Source of the DNA: a virus
Length of the DNA stretch: 64,000 bases
Virus record (IMG/VR): IMGVR_UViG_3300027852_000033
Coordinates: 1 to 64,000 of that record
Reading direction: 5' to 3' (one strand)
Under the pieces are notes generated by a model. The model did no database searches, had not been told where the DNA came from, and saw nothing but the letters and a program-made list of their open reading frames with translations. Shown in pieces: positions 59,618-64,000 of the stretch (position 1 is the stretch's first letter; every line of letters begins with the position of its first letter). The translations under genes and the position numbers were made by a program.

Positions 59618-59938
59618 TTATTCTCCCTGTTTCTTAATATTTTGTCGCTCGTTGAGTGTTAATATTCTCCCATATTCTATAATTTCATCAACCATCCAAT
59701 CATATCCTGAAAACCCTGTGCTCTTCTTTCTTCTTTTGGCCGCTTCATTAGCATAAACACTTTCTACCTCTATATTAGCCCCCCATCCATCACCGAAATT
59801 GTAATAGAAATTATGTCCTGATAATTGCTCTTCCTTTTCTTTAGATACTCTTCTGGTTATGTAATGTAAATCACTTTCTCCTGTCCATTTTCCATTCCAG
59901 CTTCCAATATTCGGCATAGTTAATCTAAAAGATAGCAT
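59618..59938 (-). CDS. Hypothetical phage protein
   Basis: MP..GSWNGKWTG, YYNFGDGWGA, FSGYDWMV; GGAGGAG RBS. Confidence 0.75.
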   Translation of the reverse strand: MLSFRLTMPNIGSWNGKWTGESDLHYITRRVSKEKEEQLSGHNFYYNFGDGWGANIEVESVYANEAAKRRKKSTGFSGYDWMVDEIIEYGRILTLNERQNIKKQGE

Positions 59939-60111
59939 AGTTACTCCTCCGTATTGTTAATAAGTTTTATATAATATATACTACTTGTTTATTACCTTCA
60001 TATCTCTTGCTTCTTCCACTCAAATGTATCTGATGTTCCAGATCTACTTTCAAAAAAACATAGGGTCTTATTAAAAGTTTCTGATAACTGTAGGATTTGT
60101 CCATTGGTGAT

Positions 60112-60417
60112 TTATGGTAAGTCTGTATAATTTTTATTGATGATACTAGCTAAAACTGCCGAGATAGTAGAAACCACTATAGGTAACATAATTATATTTA
60201 TAATGCCGAAATTGGCAAAATATATTATAGAGAATATAAGACCTACCCAGAATCCTATACACTGAGAGCAAAATAGAAGGGTAGATATATTATGTTCAAG
60301 TGGTCCTCCAGTAGGTAATCTTTTCAATATTAACATTTTTGGAGTATCAAAAATAGTAGAGGTTGATAAAAATATAGTAATTGATACTGAATATAAAATA
60401 ATTTCTATAAAGTCCAC
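60112..60417 (-). CDS. DUF1360-like membrane protein
   Basis: LLFCSQCIGFWVG. Confidence 0.65.
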   Translation of the reverse strand: MDFIEIILYSVSITIFLSTSTIFDTPKMLILKRLPTGGPLEHNISTLLFCSQCIGFWVGLIFSIIYFANFGIINIIMLPIVVSTISAVLASIINKNYTDLP

Positions 60418-60806
60418 TATCTTTTCCCCTTATCTATATGGCGCAATAGTAATTTTTCTACAACCGGTTTAAGTGCGAAGGCAGTCGCCATATAGTTATC
60501 TTTAACCGATTCTTTTATATGGGTATATCTTGCATTGCAATATTCAGTATCATCTGAATATAAAACACAATCTATACACACGTTAGGATCCGGGGGATCC
60601 GGCATATCTCTTATAACACATAAAGGGCAGCTTTTAGGATTTGCGACAGTATCAATATTTACTCTTTTGGCTTTATCCAAATACGATATTGTCATATATT
60701 TTCCAATAAGTAATATCGCATCTACAAGGTCTTGTTTATGAGTATGTACATATGTTTTTGCTATATCCGTAGTAATAGTAGCAATATCTTTTAATATACT
60801 ACTCAT
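60417..60806 (-). CDS. Cys-containing hypothetical protein
   Basis: CPLC...C..C...C. Confidence 0.65.
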   Translation of the reverse strand: MSSILKDIATITTDIAKTYVHTHKQDLVDAILLIGKYMTISYLDKAKRVNIDTVANPKSCPLCVIRDMPDPPDPNVCIDCVLYSDDTEYCNARYTHIKESVKDNYMATAFALKPVVEKLLLRHIDKGKR

Positions 60807-61020
60807 TAAAACTAACCTCCGTTTTTACACTTGTAGTAACAACTTTACAATATCTTACCTTATCTTTGCCATATTGTTCAATAGCCGCTATATATCTTGA
60901 AGATATTATTTCAGGGTTCTGAACATTGTCAAGATTTATTACAGTAACTCTTGGGCCTACATCTATTATTATACAATGTATATCCGGCAAGGTAGAAACA
61001 GGTTGTGAATTGCTTGGCAT
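60799..61020 (-). CDS. Hypothetical protein
   Basis: AAGGAG RBS. Confidence 0.6.
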   Translation of the reverse strand: MPSNSQPVSTLPDIHCIIIDVGPRVTVINLDNVQNPEIISSRYIAAIEQYGKDKVRYCKVVTTSVKTEVSFNE

Positions 61021-61021
61021 G

Positions 61022-61384
61022 TTAGTTATTCTCCTTTTTCTCTAAACTTTCTATTTTATCAACTATTGAATTATAATCCGATATCACTTTTGAATATCCT
61101 ATTAATGTAGTATCTTCCATATCAGTTTGTACTGTTATAGCCATAGCTATTTCCTTTCTTATATTATCTGGAGATAATGCAATAGCCAATTCCCGTTCCA
61201 TCGCATTGTTTAGTGATTTGTCAAGGGCATCATGCATCACACCACTAGGTGCCCTATTAGTAGATTTTATTGCCATGCTGACACTTGCTTTTTTCGATAT
61301 ACTTATATCCCCGATATTCATAGCTATTGTAGTACCACGAATGGCCCATAAACTATCCACCCACATATCATACTTATCTGCCAT
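61022..61384 (-). CDS. Hypothetical protein
   Basis: GGAGG RBS. Confidence 0.65.
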   Translation of the reverse strand: MADKYDMWVDSLWAIRGTTIAMNIGDISISKKASVSMAIKSTNRAPSGVMHDALDKSLNNAMERELAIALSPDNIRKEIAMAITVQTDMEDTTLIGYSKVISDYNSIVDKIESLEKKENN

Positions 61385-61393
61385 AATTCCTCC

Positions 61394-62557
61394 CTATAAA
61401 AAATTCTGGTCTTTACTAGATTTGGCTACTTTTTTGAATAGAGTGTCAGGATCTCTAATTCTATCCTGTATATCTTCCAGAAGATCGGGATTAGATATAA
61501 GATAATTTACAGTATTGAAACCCCCCTGACCTAGTCTCTCACCATTATATGAATACCATGCCCCCGCTCTATGTATTATTCCTAATTTAGTACCAAGATT
61601 CACAATATCAGCGGCAATAGTTTTTGAAGCATCAAAATACATTTGAAAAGTTTCTTCCCCGAATGGAACACCAACCTTATTTTTTATAACCTTAACTTTA
61701 GTATCATTGGCATAAATTGTCTCGTTCATAACTTTCTTACCTATTCTACGCATATCTAATCTCATAGATGAATAGAACTTAAGGGCATTCCCGCCTGAAC
61801 CTGTTTCGTTACTCCCATATGTGATTCCCACAAGTTGGCGAATTTGGTTTATAAATACCAAAGTACACCCTGATTTAGCTAGTGGCGCTGCAAATTGTCT
61901 TAAAGATTGGCTCATCAAAAATGCGGCTCTTCCAGGTTGGGTATCTCCTATTTCTTTTTCATGCTCTATTTTTGGCACTAAAGCGGATACCGAGTCAACA
62001 ACTATAATATCGGTTGTAGGTATAAGCTTACCTACTATATTTAATGCATCTTCAGCAGTAGTAGGATAAAATATATCAAGTTCAGATACTCCACATGCTT
62101 CCATATGATATCCCTCTAAAGCAAATTCTAAATCAATATATGCTGCTATACCTCCTTCTCTTTGACATTCAGATATCGTATGTAATACTAGAGTAGTTTT
62201 ACCACTGGATTCCGGCCCTATTATTTCTACTACTCTACCTTTGGGCATCCCGCCTATTTTAGTAGCTCTATCAACAGATAATATACCAGTAGGGCGCGCA
62301 TCAACTTTTATATATGAGGATATATCCGGATTAGTTATATCTATCCTAGTAATTGCATCCTTGCCATATACTTTTATAACCTCCAATAATTTTGCTTCAT
62401 ACGAAGCTCTTTTCTCACTTTCGGCAATATTGTTTTCCTCTTTTTCTAATGTAGTAGGTATTATATTTTCCTCAATTGCAGATTCAGGTTGGGCTGAAGA
62501 AATCTCGTTTTCAATTGGTTCTTCGCTTTGAATAGTTTCACTTATTTCTGTTCCCAT
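61394..62557 (-). CDS. recA: RecA recombinase with acidic N-terminal extension
   Basis: GPESSGKTT, VVDSVSAL, FINQIR, GGNALKFYSS.RLD, KNKV; start MGTEI after GAGGAGG. Confidence 0.95.
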   Translation of the reverse strand: MGTEISETIQSEEPIENEISSAQPESAIEENIIPTTLEKEENNIAESEKRASYEAKLLEVIKVYGKDAITRIDITNPDISSYIKVDARPTGILSVDRATKIGGMPKGRVVEIIGPESSGKTTLVLHTISECQREGGIAAYIDLEFALEGYHMEACGVSELDIFYPTTAEDALNIVGKLIPTTDIIVVDSVSALVPKIEHEKEIGDTQPGRAAFLMSQSLRQFAAPLAKSGCTLVFINQIRQLVGITYGSNETGSGGNALKFYSSMRLDMRRIGKKVMNETIYANDTKVKVIKNKVGVPFGEETFQMYFDASKTIAADIVNLGTKLGIIHRAGAWYSYNGERLGQGGFNTVNYLISNPDLLEDIQDRIRDPDTLFKKVAKSSKDQNFL

Positions 62558-62642
62558 AGCTACTAACTTATCCTCCTCATTATTGTAATATATCTTTTCC
62601 AGATGAATGTGATACAAATTGCAAAGTATGATCTAATATGAT

Positions 62643-62671
62643 AGACTAATATAAATAATAAATATTGTCAA
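62643..62671 (-). promoter_or_regulatory. Sigma70-type promoter of the recA island
   Basis: TTGACA-N17-TAGTCT. Confidence 0.55.
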
Positions 62672-62696
62672 GTAATATCATAGTCGGAGATATGCA

Positions 62697-64000
62697 GTGG
62701 CTAATACAAAATCAGCTAGAGAATTACCAAAACCGGATACCTATAATATATATGATAAGGGGTACAAAACTGGCTCACAAATGAGTGTTTTTATAGGTCC
62801 TATATGGCTCGAAGAAATCGTATCATTACAGTTAGATACAAGTTCATCAGACCAAGAGATATGGTCATATTCAAACCCCTATTTTGATAGATTAATGATA
62901 GGACGATATAGAATAAGAGGATCTATTGGAGTAACATATACCGAGCCTGATTATTTATTGAGGGTAATAACCGAAGCTAGAGATATATCCATTCAGGATA
63001 ATGAATTATATGATATCATAAACAATAGAAAGAATGTATTTGAAAACACCTTGAAATACAGAATGATCACAGAAAAAGTATTACAAGGGGGATATGAGGA
63101 ATCTACAGATGCAGCAATAAACCGATATGTAGATCGTATATCTAGAGAAATAGAGCTTATGTCATTAAGTGGGGAGCGGCTGAACCCTAAACATTTTGAA
63201 TTAACTATAATTACTGGTAATATATATGACGATGAACAAGCTATAGAAATATTTGAGGATGCAAAAATAATAGGCACTGGCAAAATATCAGTAGTAGACG
63301 ATAATGCAATTTCGGAAATATATAGCTTTGTAGCTAAACGTAAACCCGACAGAAAAAAAGTGACTGAGTTACCTAATAAAATAGGATCACTATCTAAAAG
63401 AAACCTTATTACAATGGCAAAAGAAGTAACTGAACAGCTTGCTGATAAATTATTAAGCCCGCCTGAAATGAAAGTAACTGCTCCAGAAATAAGAACTTCG
63501 GGTATGTTTAATACTGATAAACTAGCAGTATGTGGATTGTTAAATCCTAGTACTAGAATGTATGGTAAAAAAGCATCATTTTGTGAATTAGTATGGTCAT
63601 TTGAATATCCTTTATATATACAAACCTCCCCAACCGGAATAGGTAATAATGGTAATATCAAATCAGTAACCGATCTTGCTATACTTGTAAAAACGATTGG
63701 GTCAGATGATCCGGGGGAAAGTAATAGCGAAGGTATAAAATTGGTTCCACCTAATGTTGAAGTGGATAATACAAATCAAAGAGGATTTAATAATTCGTTT
63801 GGTAGATTAATATCAATAGATAGAGAAAGAACATCTACTTTTACTTCCGCTGTAGCCCCTGTAGTTCCAGAAACTATAAGCAATACCATGGGTGGAACTG
63901 TAATATTGCCAAGGAAAAAAAGGAACGATTTTGAAATCGGGGCATTTATTCCCCCACAAATCGTAGATCCTACCGGATTTTCTTATACGGATACTGATCT
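62697..64000 (+). CDS. Third tail-tube-like structural protein (3'-partial)
   Basis: GTG after GGAG; frame open to the window end; GSQ.SVFIG..WLEEI..LQ...YFD...G...I.GS...Y.E.DYL; absent from the ORF track. Confidence 0.75.
   Translation, partial: MANTKSARELPKPDTYNIYDKGYKTGSQMSVFIGPIWLEEIVSLQLDTSSSDQEIWSYSNPYFDRLMIGRYRIRGSIGVTYTEPDYLLRVITEARDISIQDNELYDIINNRKNVFENTLKYRMITEKVLQGGYEESTDAAINRYVDRISREIELMSLSGERLNPKHFELTIITGNIYDDEQAIEIFEDAKIIGTGKISVVDDNAISEIYSFVAKRKPDRKKVTELPNKIGSLSKRNLITMAKEVTEQLADKLLSPPEMKVTAPEIRTSGMFNTDKLAVCGLLNPSTRMYGKKASFCELVWSFEYPLYIQTSPTGIGNNGNIKSVTDLAILVKTIGSDDPGESNSEGIKLVPPNVEVDNTNQRGFNNSFGRLISIDRERTSTFTSAVAPVVPETISNTMGGTVILPRKKRNDFEIGAFIPPQIVDPTGFSYTDTD

Noticed and set aside
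568-63661. Many antisense ORFs in the track (e.g. 13265-13798, 23684-24100, 33748-34200, 62993-63661)
   Set aside because: They are shadows of well-supported genes on the other strand and lack RBSs. 62993-63661 is antisense to the real tube-like gene starting at 62697.
1-64000. Stop-codon reassignment as in some large phages
   Set aside because: Core genes are intact under code 11, and TAA, TAG and TGA all end genes sensibly.

Overview
This AT-rich window is part of a large contractile-tailed phage (myovirus-type) genome. It uses the standard genetic code, and I saw no integrase, CRISPR array or complete tRNA. (1) 1-15.9 kb is a leftward accessory/early arm. It begins with two duplicated 70-aa genes, a 100-aa gene and an 852-aa single-subunit two-barrel polymerase of the YonO/cellular-RdRP type (GGDFDGD). 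Each of these four genes is followed directly by a ~45-48 nt anticodon-less tRNA-like element with covarying stems. Downstream of the polymerase is an array of small genes separated by a repeated module of terminator, 19-bp palindrome and RBS. Further left are membrane micropeptides, a DarG-like macrodomain, ASCH, HNH and paralog families. (2) 16.4-23.1 kb is a rightward arm of small genes with six tandem paralogs. (3) 23.2-30.4 kb is a leftward block with a Cas4-like nuclease fusion, putative virion proteins and an amidase. (4) 30.4-53.4 kb is the morphogenesis module: TerL, portal, prohead protease/scaffold, decoration, major capsid, fibres, neck, sheath and tubes. (5) 53.5-62.6 kb is an oppositely oriented island with recA, a 1274-aa signal-peptide protein and three regularly spaced hairpins. 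(6) A third tube-like gene runs off the right end. The best candidate for an undescribed system is the RdRP/YonO-like polymerase with its 3' tRNA-like tags and the adjacent cassette array. All family assignments come from recognising motifs by eye; no database searches were run.
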